A stretch of DNA of 63,897 nucleotides, filler included, from Octopus bimaculoides (lineage: Eukaryota), in NCBI RefSeq assembly GCF_001194135.2. It is 4 parts of 4 records of this genome, joined end to end, with 100 filler letters (N's around TTAATTAATTAA, not from the genome) between each part and the next. Parts side by side here need not be neighbours in the genome. Positions count along the whole stretch, not along the records: positions 49,333 to 62,693 come from NC_068991.1; positions 62,794 to 63,897 come from NC_069010.1; 2 more parts are not named here. The stretch is one strand, 5' to 3'. The notes under the pieces were generated by a model. The model saw only the letters and a program-made list of their open reading frames with translations. It was not told where the DNA came from and did not search any database. Numbering within the stretch: the first letter of the stretch is position 1; every line of letters starts with the position of its first letter. The translations under genes and the position numbers were made by a program. Below, piece after piece: positions 50,491 through 62,919 of this stretch.

Positions 50491-51950
50491 ATCTTTACTT
50501 GCATTATTGATATAAATTCTCTAAGTTTCATATCGTGTCTTGCCTAAAGACACTTTTGACTCAGTTTTGGTGGAAAATCTATTTTTCAGTTCACTTCTAG
50601 CCAGCATTGTAGAAGTTAAAAGTGGATAGAGTTTGGGTACTATCTGTATGGAATACATCATTAATTGGTTTTGGATCATACATTGTCAGTTCTATCAAGT
50701 TGTGGTCTGAGACAATTGCTGGTGATATTTTCACCTACGTTAGACAGAGGTCTAATATGTTATCACTCCTGGTTGGACAGAGTATTATTTGTTCCATGAA
50801 CAGTATTTTCATAAGGTCAAGTAGAGATTCTGCTTGATTACGCTCTTTATGTGTCATTCCTGAATTATTGTTGACTTCAGGCCATCTGAGGCTGGAGAAG
50901 TTGAAGTCACCTATCAGAAGTATATTAACACTTTGATCAAGTTTTGTTAGTACTTCATTAGGCTTTCCTCAAATTTACCATTGTGATTTGAGGCATCAGG
51001 TGAGTGATATAATGTGCATATTACCACATCAAGTTGCTTTAAATGCACTATGAGTGTCTCAAAGACTGAGTTTGAATGTAACAACAGAGTTAGTGGTGTG
51101 ACATCTTTACTGATGTACAACAAAACTTCACCGTGATTTTTTTCTCTTGTCTACAAGGAATACAGGGTGCATTTATATCTACAGACAGATGTATCTTCAT
51201 AAGTGCAATGCATATTGCTTGATTGCATTCAGAAAGATCCCTCAGGTATGCAACTTTGCACTTGCTGTTGCATTGTAGGAGACCTCTAATATTTATCAGA
51301 AAAATTGGCATGATTGGCTATCCTGGGTCTATTATTTGTGACAGTCTTCTGTGTGGGTGCATGTGGCTTAGTTTGTTTGTAACCATGTTAGCTGCTGCAC
51401 TATCTTTGGATGTGTCAATGTGGCAGTTCATCCCCATCTATTCATTCCAACAGATATCTTTCAGATGAAATTTATAAATGCTACATGCTTCATGTACTGT
51501 TTTGTTTCTATTGCTTTTGCTCTTTCTTTTTGTTTCCTTTTTAATTCTGACCTCTTTTTCATCAGGCTTTTGGTTGGTTCTTTTACCTTTCCCACTGTTT
51601 TGGGAGGTGGTTTTGGGGCTGCTTGTTTTAGAGGTTTTCATTTTCCTTCTTTTTCAATTTCTCCAGCTCCACAAACTTAAATATCTTCATTGATGGTTGC
51701 CTTGTTAGTGCCTTCCATAAGGTTTCAGCATTGAGACTGTTCTCTGTGTCAGGTATTTCATCCAAGAATTAATCATTTTTAAAAATGGTATCCAGCTTTT
51801 CCATATGTGTTCTGATAAGTGCATAGGAGCGGATGAATTCACTTTTCTTCAGTTGATTTGCACCATAGACCTGCTGAATCCCTCACTTTTTAGGGCCACA
51901 GTGATGACGTTGTTAGGTAGATCATTTTCGGCTATCACCCAGGGTCTGAG
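50480..51950 (-). mobile_element. Decayed LINE: Cys/His-rich ORF1 end plus APE endonuclease start
   Basis: INIRGLLQCNSKCKVAYLRDLSECNQAICIALMKIHL (APE N-terminus NIRGL...ALTETHL-like), preceded by CSIYKFHLKDICWN...C...HPH. Confidence 0.55.
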
Positions 51951-53109
51951 GAAGAGTTCTGTCTCAGTGGTTTTCTAGTTTCTCGGTAACATCTTCACTG
52001 CAGTATTACTTCCTTCTTAGTGGTGTGTGATTTGTTCTTAGGTGTAGAGAGAAAGAGAGTAAGAGTGAGAGTGAGAGAAAGAGAAGGAGAGAGAGCGAGA
52101 AGGCATGATGGGGATATGAGGGAAGAGATAGGTGAATAAGTTGAGAGGGAGGGGAGTAGGTGAAGGGAGAGAGAGGAGGGCAAATGAATGAGGAGAAAGA
52201 AGGAAAAGGTAAGAAAGGAGAGAAAATGGAGGGTGAGAGAGGAAAGCAGGTGGAAGGTGAGAGACGAGAGTAGGTGAGAGAGGAGAGCAAATGAATATGA
52301 GAGGGGGAAAGGAGGCAGGGGTGAGTAAGTTAAGACAGAGAGGGAGGCAAGCAGAGGGTGAAAAATGAAAGCAAGTTGGAGGTAAGAGAGGAGAGCAAGT
52401 GGGAGGTGAGAGGGAGATATAAAGAGAGGTGTTCAAAGTACAGAAATAATGCTAGTAAAGATGGAAAGATATGTATATATTTATATGTGTTCACACACAT
52501 ATATATGTATATATTTATGCACGCAATACATACTTATACAAATATAAACAGACACACAAGTAGATAGATATATAAAAAGATGGATGTTTTCAGCACAATG
52601 GAAAGAAAGAAAATGGTGTGTAATTAATTAATTACTATCTTGCTTGATAATCATGAAAGATGTGTATTACTCTTTTGCTTGAAAATTCGCAAATATATAT
52701 ATATATATACATATATATATACACAAGTGCCTATTAGCAATTACTGTTTTGCCTGAAAATCTGCAAATATATATATATATATGAGATACCTAAGTTTTAT
52801 AAATAAAAAGCTATCAGAATAAAAAGTTATTGTTACATTTAGCAATACATGGAAATCCACCACATGTAAGTGCAATAGAAACTATCTTAACTCAAGATTT
52901 CAGCTTTCGATAAATTTCAATGATTAAATAAACAAAAATTGCATACATACATTTGTTCTCATTATATTCTAAGAAAATAAGATACACACACATGAATTAT
53001 GTGTGTGTATACATACATGTGTATACACACACATAATTCATATGTGTATGAATGTGTGTGTGTGTGTGTGTGTATACTCACACACACATACAAAACAACA
53101 ACAGCAACA

Positions 53110-53182
53110 CACACACTTAACTGGGATAGGTACAACACAATTTCAATTGACTGATCTATTGACTCATTTTCTTCTACTTTAC
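53110..53182 (-). CDS. Candidate next exon of the di-Cys gene; 3' end undefined
   Basis: 70-nt intron gtaagt...ccattttcag from 53252; phase-1 compatible, reading (S)KVEENESIDQSIEIV. No convincing donor, and the frame runs into a microsatellite. Confidence 0.25.
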
Positions 53183-53252
53183 CTGAAAATGGCTGACACA
53201 ACTATACCAATATGACAAACAAGAAATGCATTTTAAGTAATTTAAAACTTAC

Positions 53253-53626
53253 TCAAAGTCTTGCAATGAATTATATTCCAAAAAGGATAATCACTTGATT
53301 TCAGTTCACTTCTTTTATCCCTCCACTTTAAAGGGCATTTGATTTTGTCTTTAAAATAAGGCATTCCAATGCAGCAACCAACAATTCTGGAACGTTTAAT
53401 AGCATATTGTCCACAAATCTGTATATTTTTTGTATAGAGACCATCTTTAAAATTGAACAGTTTTAATTGTTTTCCATCCTTGCAGTAGTATTTTGTTCTA
53501 CTAATTAGTGTACCATTGCAACAAATGTTGTGTATGCCATTATACATTTTATTGTCACAAAGTGAAGCTTGGCAATCATCTGGAATGCCTTCAGCTGGTT
53601 TCTGTTTTTGTATATTTCCACAGCAC
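53253..53626 (-). CDS. Galaxin/usherin-like di-cysteine repeat protein, exon (374 nt)
   Basis: ggaatttgcag|G TGC TGT GGA...ACT TTG A|gtaagt; reads CCGNIQ...CDNKMYNGIHNICCNGTL...GCCIGMPY...HCKTL. Confidence 0.85.
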
Positions 53627-54243
53627 CTGCAAATTCCAAATGAAATTTTTAAGAGTTATTTAACACATTCGCAATAGTTTAGATGAAGTTGTTTGGAATA
53701 GTATAGCCATCTATAAGATTATGCCATGGGATGCAACATGAAGTATTATGATATCACATACTTGTATAATGTAGGTATTGATTTTGAATAATAGTGATCA
53801 ATACCGATCAATTTTGCCAAAGGAAATTATAAGCACATAAGTTGTAGGCACAGAAATAACTTCTGAACATTTGTATTCAAGGCAGTTCAATGGGTGTTAT
53901 GATGACATATCATACAACTTAACAATTTCTTACATAGCCACAAGGTCAGTAATGGAATTAGCTGATTAAATTAACCCCAGTACTTAACTTGGTACTTTAT
54001 TACATTGGCTTTAGATAGCTATAAGATCTTGTTGAAATTTTAACTAATTTCTAATGCCTACAATATTTTAAGGTGACATTGAATATGCTATTATAAGTTT
54101 AAAGGATATATTTTAGTTGTTAAATGTCTCCAAATAACTTGTTGGATTGGTCAAAGTAATTGAGTAGAAAATGAAAAGTGACGCTAGCTAAAAGCTTTAC
54201 TAAAAGAAAGTTAATAAATGTTAAGTAGCTAAATTTATCTTAC

Positions 54244-54359
54244 ATTGATTCATTACTTGGTTTATTATACAGTAAACCCTGACAGCAAGTAAATTTCTTT
54301 GGATCTTTATCATAATCACAATCATCTTTATTTCGGATGTTACCCTTATCTGTGCATTT
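54244..54359 (-). CDS. Galaxin-like protein exon (116 nt, phase 0 to 2)
   Basis: gttttacag|AAA TGC...TCA AT|gtaaga; reads KCTDKGNIRNKDDCDYDKDPKKFTCCQGLLYNKPSNES and joins the next exon as ATG-TGC-TGT. Confidence 0.85.
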
Positions 54360-54426
54360 CTGTAAAACATCATATATATATATATTTGAAAAGATTTGTA
54401 AATGTACCTCATGAGTAAGTAGATAT

Positions 54427-55045
54427 TAAAGATAAACAAAAATGAAAATGCCACTTTTCACAGCAAGGAAATACACTTCATAAGAAAATACCGACCAAGT
54501 CTAAATTCTCTAAATTAGCAACACTGAGATTTTCATATATATATGTGTACATATATATATGTGTGTGTGTATGTGTGTGTGTGTGTGTGTGTGTATGGAT
54601 TTGCAAGTTATTCATAAGAAATAAACAAAGGAGATCGAAGAACCTGATTTCTATTAAAATCACAGGGAGAACAACTTCACCACGATGACTCCTACTGTAA
54701 CTATTATTGTTATTACTGCTGCTGGTTATTCGAGGGCTACAGCCACTCCTAGAAAACAAGATTTGACCACTATTTAATTTACAAACACAGACAGTAGTAA
54801 TTTACTATCGCAGTGAGTTGAACTTACCATGCCTCCAGAACGAAAGGACCACATAACAGTAAACTATGAATGTTATTCTTAATTTTTATTTTCAATTTTA
54901 TTTTATTAATAGCCCTCTTCTCTTCTCACATATTTTATACTCATTTTTGATAAGGTTTTTTCAAAAAAAACGAAACATGTAATGTAAATTAATTAAAACA
55001 CCCAATTTTTTTAAAAAGTGGCATTTTCATTTTTGTTTATCTTTA
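54427..55045. mobile_element. Candidate MITE with a perfect 32-bp terminal inverted repeat
   Basis: taaagataaacaaaaatgaaaatgccactttt (54427-54458) / aaaagtggcattttcatttttgtttatcttta (55014-55045); TA at both outer ends. Confidence 0.55.
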
Positions 55046-56267
55046 TATATATATACAAAGTTTTAATTTTAAAAAACTTTAACGATATTATAAACTATAA
55101 AGATTAATAATTAATCAAATATTATTAATAATNNNNNNNNNNNNNNNNNNNNNNNNNNNNNNNNNNNNNNNNNNNNNNNNNNNNNNNNNNNNNNNNNNNN
55201 NNNNNNNNNNNNNNNNNNNNNNNNNNNNNNNNNNNNNNNNNNNNNNNNNNNNNNNNNNNNNNNNNNNNNNNNNNNNNNNNNNNNNNNNNNNNNNNNNNNN
55301 NNNNNNNNNNNNNNNNNNNNNNNNNNNNNNNNNNNNNNNNNNNNNNNNNNNNNNNNNNNNNNNNNNNNNNNNNNNNNNNNNNNNNNNNNNNNNNNNNNNN
55401 NNNNNNNNNNNNNNNNNNNNNNNNNNNNNNNNNNNNNNNNNNNNNNNNNNNNNNNNNNNNNNNNNNNNNNNNNNNNNNNNNNNNNNNNNNNNNNNNNNNN
55501 NNNNNNNNNNNNNNNNNNNNNNNNNNNNNNNNNATGTATTTTATATACAAAAAACATCTTACATAAATTATCATTGTTTTAAATACAATTTGAACGAAGT
55601 TTAAGTTTAAAATAATAATGAAGATAAAATTAGTACATATTTAACCGGTGTAATAGTTAAAGCTATACTATTTAAAGCTAAAGACGTTTATTTAATTATA
55701 ATTAAAATCAATTGAATAATAGAAAAATACAAGATTATTTATTTCTACAAACGTAATAATAAAAATATGAATGAAAAAATTAGGAAAGAAAAAATTATTA
55801 AGAATAAAAGATTAAACTTTATATATATATACAAAGTTTTAATTTTAAAAAACTTTAACGATATTATAAACTATAAAGATTAATAATTAATCAAATATTA
55901 TTAATAATCGAAAATATATCAACACTATTCAAATCGAAGTTCTAATATTGTGCTTTTAAATATTAATTTTTCTATATGTGATAGTGGATTTTCATCGATG
56001 AGTTCTTGAAACTTGGTTATTTTCCCTAAAACTATATATATATATATATATATACAGGCGTTAAATGTGAAATATACTCTAGAATTTGATACAGTTATAG
56101 CTTAGTTAATGTGATAAGAATCTTAGAAATAGTAATGTCAAATTTTATGCTTGATAGTGATGACAATTAGTGATGAGTGAAACCATCATGACCAAGGAAT
56201 GAGTCCTTGAGAGATTTAGTTATGAGGTAAAAAAAAAAAATGGGACATATGTAATACTCTTAGCTTA

Positions 56268-56452
56268 ACTCTGTCAAATGTAATGCATGTATATTCACAT
56301 TGTTTTGAATTAATCATGCACTATCTTGTAGCTTCAAGATTTCGATGATATAATTGCTTGTTTTTAGAATAACATTGTAGGTAGGTGTCAGAGGCCAGAT
56401 CTGGCTAGTTTGCGCTTAAAACAGGTAGAATATTTGGGCTGCTAAAGAGTTA
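56268..56452. mobile_element. TTAA-flanked MITE-like repeat
   Basis: ttaactct...agagttaa ends. Confidence 0.45.
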
Positions 56453-56690
56453 AGTTCAAGAGAAAGAGATCTAACATAAGGCATGGAAATGAAAGAGAGA
56501 GAAACCAAAAACAGATTTATAACTGTGGATATTGTGTTTTATGATTTTCTGTGTTTAACTACATGTACTCTTCTTAAATTTAGCAATGAGGAATCTGATT
56601 CTAGTGAAAGTTTTTTGGGGTATAAAAATTGTCAGTTTATTTTGTTAACCACCATTTATGAAAAACAATAGAAGATTCACAATCTTTTAA

Positions 56691-56909
56691 CCCTTTCGTT
56701 ACTGTATTTATTTTGAGATGCTCTTTGTTTCTTTCAATTACTTTAAATATAACAAAGAATTTAGTAAAATAACTTAGTTATATTCAGCTAGTGTTAGAAA
56801 CATAAATTGTGACTAAGGTTTCGTGGAAGATTTTAATTCAAAACTTATGAAAACAAGACAATTATACTCAGAGCCAGAGCCGGTTTCAGCTGGATTGGTA
56901 ATGAAAGGG
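56691..56909. mobile_element. piggyBac-type MITE
   Basis: TTAA|ccctttcgttac...gtaatgaaaggg|TTAA. Confidence 0.85.
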
Positions 56910-57379
56910 TTAAACTCAGCTTTCAGCATCAGAATTTTCAGTTTGCTAATATATTTTGGAAGAGTTTTCTTTTTTTCTTCTAGAATTCATAAATTTTATT
57001 CTCTAAGTAGCAACATTGAAGAAATATATACAGCCACAATTTAACCCATTGCATATGTAATTCAGAAAAAAATTATGAGCATCAACAGCTTCTTCTTGTT
57101 AACATAATCTCAATCAGAGTATATTATTCCAATTTTCTTCTCATATTAAAGTTTCCTATCTTTAAAGAATTTAGATAATAATCTCAAATTTGATATTTGC
57201 TTTAAACCTTGACCTTGGTAATTATACCATAAGTTTTCAAGTTTCAATATGAAGTGTAACAGATCTGGTTTTAGTAAATTTCTGTTATCTCTGTTCAGAA
57301 ATTGTAAAGTTTATGCTCCTAACTTATATTTCAAGAAGTGCAATGCAATTTTACATCAACAACAATATGAAAGGTTTAC

Positions 57380-57543
57380 CTGTGTTTCGGAATCATATGG
57401 AATTTTTGTTCGAGAACTACCTTGACAACAAGAATCTTGATTATCTTCTGTCTTATTTATAATGCTATACTTGCAACATACTTGTGTTTTGGAATTATAT
57501 GGGATTAAAAAGCATTTACTGAAACTGGAACTTGTAATTTTAC
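57380..57543 (-). CDS. Galaxin-like protein exon (164 nt, phase 1 to 0)
   Basis: aatttcag|GT AAA ATT...ACA CAG|gtaaac; reads KITSSSFSKCFLIPYNSKTQVCCKYSIINKTEDNQDSCCQGSSRTKIPYDSETQ. Confidence 0.85.
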
Positions 57544-58755
57544 CTGAAATTAAATTATTTAATTAAACATCTCAAATATTAACTGAAGACAGCCACCCTA
57601 AATTAATTTTTTTATTAATATCTTCTATAAAAGAAAAATATAAAGAATATAAGAATATTCATTCAATACAAATCATGAAAACTCTCTCTCTCTCTCTTTT
57701 TCTCTCCCTCTCACTTTCTTCCCTCCCAATATGACACAATATTTGATCAATGACTGAATTGTGACTTTCAATTACTGGATCTCCATTGTCATCAACATTT
57801 TGAAGTTTATTTCTTCCCAATGGCATGCATTCATGATCCATTTCAATTATTTTCCATCTCTTCTGTGAATCTCAGTGTTTTGATATCTAACCTCACTACT
57901 TCACCCCACATTATCCTTGGTTTTCTGTTACAACTACCCTTCACACGTAGTTCATTGCATGTTGTCCATTCCTATCAGATGCCTATATTGTTAGAGTTAT
58001 TTCTCCTATGCACAGAAGCCAGTACCTTTGCTCAGTAACTCTCAGCACACTTGTATTCCATCTTTCACACAGATCCAATGAATGCTTAATATTGGTAATG
58101 TATTTTTTGATGGTAGTTTTGAATACACAATTTAACAGAACATAGTATAGCATCACTATCACAACCACCACTATTGTTGTCGTTGTTGTCGTCCTCAATG
58201 TCAGTGCCACTGCCATAGTCATCGTTGTCCTCATCATCATCACCAACATCATCAATGCTTTAATATGTGTTTCTCTATGCAGGCATAAATTGGACAAACT
58301 TACCAAATAGTATATCACTATTCATCTGAGTCTTTTATTATTGAATTTGTGCCTCTAAAAGAGCTTTAAAGTCAAAGAAATCTCAACCTTTCACAGAAGA
58401 GAATCAGAATTCATATTAATCTCCTTGCACTCAAATTATAAGCACTGAAAAAATACTTGTGTAGGACTATAAGCAGCCCTGCCTGAATAAGCAAATGAAA
58501 TTCTTGAAATTCATGTTTTTTTTAGTCAAATGAAATGAAAATAGATTATATCTGATAGTCAAATCTTATCAAATTCAGTAATTCTGCACAAATTTTTCAG
58601 TTTGTTTCAAATGTATTCTTTAAAATATACTCACAGATTTGAAACAAACTAATGTTTTTTCTATAAACATTCCTGGTAATAATGAATAGAAATTTAATTT
58701 ATTGAGGAATAGAAATTTAGATAATTTGAAACTAAAATCCAAATTAAACACTCAC

Positions 58756-58824
58756 CATCCTTACATCCATGTAATGCTGGATTATATTCACTACCATTAC
58801 AGCATGACATACTATTTTTAATCA
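58756..58824 (-). CDS. Galaxin-like protein exon (69 nt, symmetric phase 1)
   Basis: ttttctttcag|TG ATT...AAG GAT G|gtgagt; reads IKNSMSCCNGSEYNPALHGCKD. Confidence 0.85.
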
Positions 58825-60309
58825 CTGAAAGAAAACAAAATACAGAAAATAATTTTTAAATTCTAAAGAATGTCTTTAACTAATGTTACATTTTCTCTTA
58901 GGCATAGTGTTATTTCAGCAATGGATATAAATGTCTTTCAGTGCATATGAGTGAAGAAAAATATATCTATAAAGATAACAGAAATTTAAGAGCTGAAATA
59001 TCAAATGATTTATTTGTCTTTGGTGCATAAAGAATTGTGCAACAGAATTCAACACAGATCTATTAATTACTTCTGCAGAATATAAAAAAGGCAACTCAAT
59101 AAGTTTATTCAGATTAAAAAATCAGTGTGCATCAAAAATTGCACAAAATATATAAATATATAATCTAATCATGTTATTTTGAAATACTTTCCTTCTGTTT
59201 TTCCTCATAATCAATGTAACCTTCAGATTCTTGCAATCACATAAAATTAGTTACAGAGGGTTTTTTAAATCCTGCTTATTTATTGTTAGTACTTTATCTG
59301 TAGTCTTTATTCCAACTTACTAAATCATAAATCAACTTCTTTGCTCAGAACTAAATCAAGAATTAAGTCTTCCACAAATCTGAACAGGATTTTCATATAT
59401 AAAATAATTCACCACTTTCAAGCATAAATATTTCTACTTAAACACTAAATTTCAAAGATATTAGTGGTGGTCTGCATTAATATAAATTACTTCAATAAAG
59501 TAAAGTCAACCTCTGTGGAAATTGAAATCAGGACATAAACACTGATGACAGCTGCTAAGCATTTTGCCCTGCATGCTAACGACTCTGCCAATTAAAATAT
59601 AAAACAAAATAAAATAAACATAAAATAATAAATAATAAGAATGAAAAATAAAATAATGAAACTTTAATAAAGTTTTAAAAAGAATGGATTATATCAGTGT
59701 GCTATGGTGAGTAAAGAATTCTAACATTTTGAGCAGGATTTTCTAAATTGGTTTGAATAAAAATAGTATTATAAAACTCTCTGTGATTGTAACTAATTCT
59801 TGGATTGTAACTAATTCCAATAAATCCCACACCAATCATTATCTATCTTTTACTCCCAATTTGAGTCTTCTAAAGATTCACAAATTACAGAAATCTAAAC
59901 CTTTCAAAGAAGAAAATATTAGAAAATGCTATGTCTCATGCATGGAAGCATGGAAAAGTGGATGTAAAAACAATGATAACCATTACTATTATCAGATTTT
60001 GACAAAAAAATTGTTTTCCGTTAGCATCCACTTTCTTAGCAACCATATTTGTTCCTCAATATTTGTTAAGCAAATATCTTAATTTGTCCAGCCAAATTTT
60101 AGGAATAAGACTCCCTCTGCAGTCAGGATGAAATTATTCAAATCATAATTGTTTCACTTTTATTTTCTTTATAAGATTACTACATACATTGAGTAAACCA
60201 TTTTTTATATATCTTTTAAAAAGTTCTGCCAAATTTTACAAATTATACTCCCTCCCTAATCAAGTTCAAATGATTAAAATCATAAGTTTTATAAAATTGA
60301 TATAACTAC

Positions 60310-60444
60310 CTTTCTTTCCACAGCATTGTGTATCGTTGTCAGGAAATTTTATTTCACCATCACAGCATATTTGAGAATTAGTTATCATAAGTTTATGACC
60401 ACAACATTCAGTACCAATTTTCTTTCTTTGTCCAGTTAATTCAC
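60310..60444 (-). CDS. Galaxin-like protein exon (135 nt, symmetric phase 1)
   Basis: aacttcag|GT GAA...AAG AAA G|gtagtt; reads ELTGQRKKIGTECCGHKLMITNSQICCDGEIKFPDNDTQCCGKK. Confidence 0.8.
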
Positions 60445-61107
60445 CTGAAGTTTCCAAATATTCACATATAAGATTTATCCAAATTTTAAGAAATTAATTT
60501 ATAAAAGCTGAGATCATCAAAACACAAATTGTTGATAAAATATTTGTAATCCTTGCTAATCTATTTCAAATTGATGTTGCCAGATAACCCAACTATTAGA
60601 TAATAAAATTCAAGAAGTTTTGTAAATTAAACAAGTAACTTTCAAAAAGACTAGAAGCAAAATGGGTGTTATTTTGGCAAAATGTGTTACATATACTTTA
60701 AATTGATTGTAGTAAAAAAGGTGGAAGTAGAAACAAAGGAGTGTGAAGTTAAAAACATTTACTTCCATTTAGCTGCATCTAAATCCTGTCAGAACTGACT
60801 TTATCATTCACTCTTCCAAAGTTGATTAAAATAACAACAAGTGATATAACGGAGTCAACCCTATCCCACCACAATAAAAAGTGGCCTTCAATCTCAATAA
60901 GAAACCAAGATATATTAAACTTTAAACTTAGCAGAAAATGTTGGTTAGTTGAAAGTCAAAACATCATATAATGGATTCCTATTGGTCTGTCAAAAATATA
61001 ATAGGTTGTTCTTATTGTATACAAAAATGGAAATTATGCAACTAAGTTGATTCACTTACACTACCTCAAACCTGAATACATTTAAATGATGTAGTGTACT
61101 GCATTAC

Positions 61108-61180
61108 ATTTTCTAATATCATATGGTTCAGCTTGTGTCCATATGATATTAAGAGGTAAAGTGACCAAAAAAATTTGCAT
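61108..61180 (-). CDS. Candidate first coding exon (signal peptide) of the galaxin-like gene
   Basis: Reads MQIFLVTLPLNIIWTQAEPYDIRK, then T|gtaatg (phase 1, compatible with 60444). The donor is weak. Confidence 0.35.
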
Positions 61181-61244
61181 GATTTATTTACTTTTTTATA
61201 TAAGATAGTCAGCAGGGGAGTGACAGAGGCTATGATTTTTGCAA

Positions 61245-61401
61245 TATGGTTGCATGGTTAAAAAGTTCACCTTGCAAACACATGGTTTTAAGTTTGGTAC
61301 TACAGTACAGCGCCTTGGTAAAATGTCATCTGCTAGAACTCTATATTGACTTATGCCTTGTGAGTGAATTTGGTAAATAGAAATAGTGTGGAAGCCTGTC
61401 T

Positions 61402-61464
<63 letters not shown>

Positions 61465-61468
61465 TTGT
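61245..61468 (+). mobile_element. CORE-like SINE 5' half plus (TG)n
   Basis: Homologous to 5595-5770. Confidence 0.6.
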
Positions 61469-62170
61469 AAACTATGGACACATAAGAGATGCAGTGGTAT
61501 CACAGGTAGATTAACAGATTGAGTAGTCTTTGTATGTGGCAGATGTGCAGGAACAATAAGCACTATGAGCACACAGGAATTAGATTCTTTCAAATGCCCA
61601 GGAGGTTCTCTTGAGGTTTTAGATAGTTTCTGTTGCCTAATTAGCAATGGTGGAGGATGCTCTGAAAGTATTGTTTCTAGAATAAGAATTGAGTTGAGAA
61701 AGTTCAGAGGGCTATTACCTCTGTTGGCAACAAAAGGCCTCTCTCTCAGAATGAAAGGTAGACTATATGATGCTTGTGTATGAACAGCTATACTTCATGG
61801 TAGTGAGAAATGGGCTCTGAATGCTGAAGACATGCATAGACTGGAGAGAAATGAAGGTAGTATGCTCTGTTGGATATGCAACATCAGTGCACATGTACGA
61901 CAAAGTGCAAATGTATTGAGAGAAAAGTTGGGCATAAGAGGAATCAAATGTGGCATACAAGAGAGAAGACTATGTTGGTTTGGACATGTGAATGAGATGT
62001 GATGCATATGAGTGAGGATAGCTGCATAAAGAAGTGCCTGTCACTGAAAGTGTATGGTATCCGTGGAAGAGGGAGACCCAGGAAGACATGGGATGAAGTG
62101 GTAAGGACTGATCACAGGAAGTAGGATTTCACAGATGAAATGACCATGGACCGAGATGTCTGGTGATATG
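61469..62170 (+). mobile_element. Decayed RTE LINE 3' fragment
   Basis: KLWTHKRCSG...EVLDSFCCL...SRIRIELRKFRGLLPLLATKGLSLRMKGRLYDACV...GRGRPRKTW. Confidence 0.88.
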
Positions 62171-62179
62171 AATTTCACT

Positions 62180-62693
62180 AGTCAAAAACAAAAGTGAACA
62201 CATCCCACACAAAGGAAGAAATAAAAATCTTGATGAATTCTGCAACCACATTGAGAACTTCCCTTACCACACCATGCATAAACAGACAGTTAACTCAAAC
62301 TTTAACACTACACAATGGAAGGAACTAATAGAACTTCAAAATAATGAAGATATTACGATTAAGGAAGCAGATAAAGGAAGTGCAGTTGTAATAATGGACA
62401 CATTATACTATAGAAATCTAGTAATCTCCATGCTTGATGACAATCAACATTATGAAAAAGTCACAAACTACACCCTGCAAAAAATAATGAAAATTCTGTC
62501 CTCACTAATTAAACCCATGGAAATGAACTGACAACCAAGGAGATTGATTTACTAACAAACTTCAAATGCAAACCTAGCCTCTTCTATGGTCTGCCAAAAA
62601 TACACAAAAGCCAGATTATAAATGAAACCATTAAAAAATCACCAAAGACATACATACATACACCAAACCCGGGGGACCTAAAACTATGACCCA
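62180..62693 (+). mobile_element. Penelope-like retroelement RT, N-terminal fragment
   Basis: ITIKEADKGSAVVIMD...MLDDNQHYEK, then FYGLPKIHKS in another frame, both characteristic of Penelope-like RTs. Ends at a gap. Confidence 0.85.
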
Positions 62694-62861
62694 NNNNNNN
62701 NNNNNNNNNNNNNNNNNNNNNNNNNNNNNNNNNNNNNTTAATTAATTAANNNNNNNNNNNNNNNNNNNNNNNNNNNNNNNNNNNNNNNNNNNNAATATAA
62801 GAAACTGTGGGTGGTGCATTCTAAACTTGTGATGGGGGAGGGGGTTTCGGATGGGTCGCTT

Positions 62862-62919
<58 letters not shown>

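Noticed and set aside
53762-53862. AG...GT-bounded 101-nt segment that would bridge phase 0 to phase 2 in the di-Cys gene
   Set aside because: It has an in-frame TAA and a non-repeat-like peptide; 54244-54359 bridges the phases cleanly.
55041-55908. Identical 92-bp segments at 55041-55132 and 55817-55908 on either side of a gap
   Set aside because: Cannot be distinguished from an assembly overlap at the gap edge without reads.
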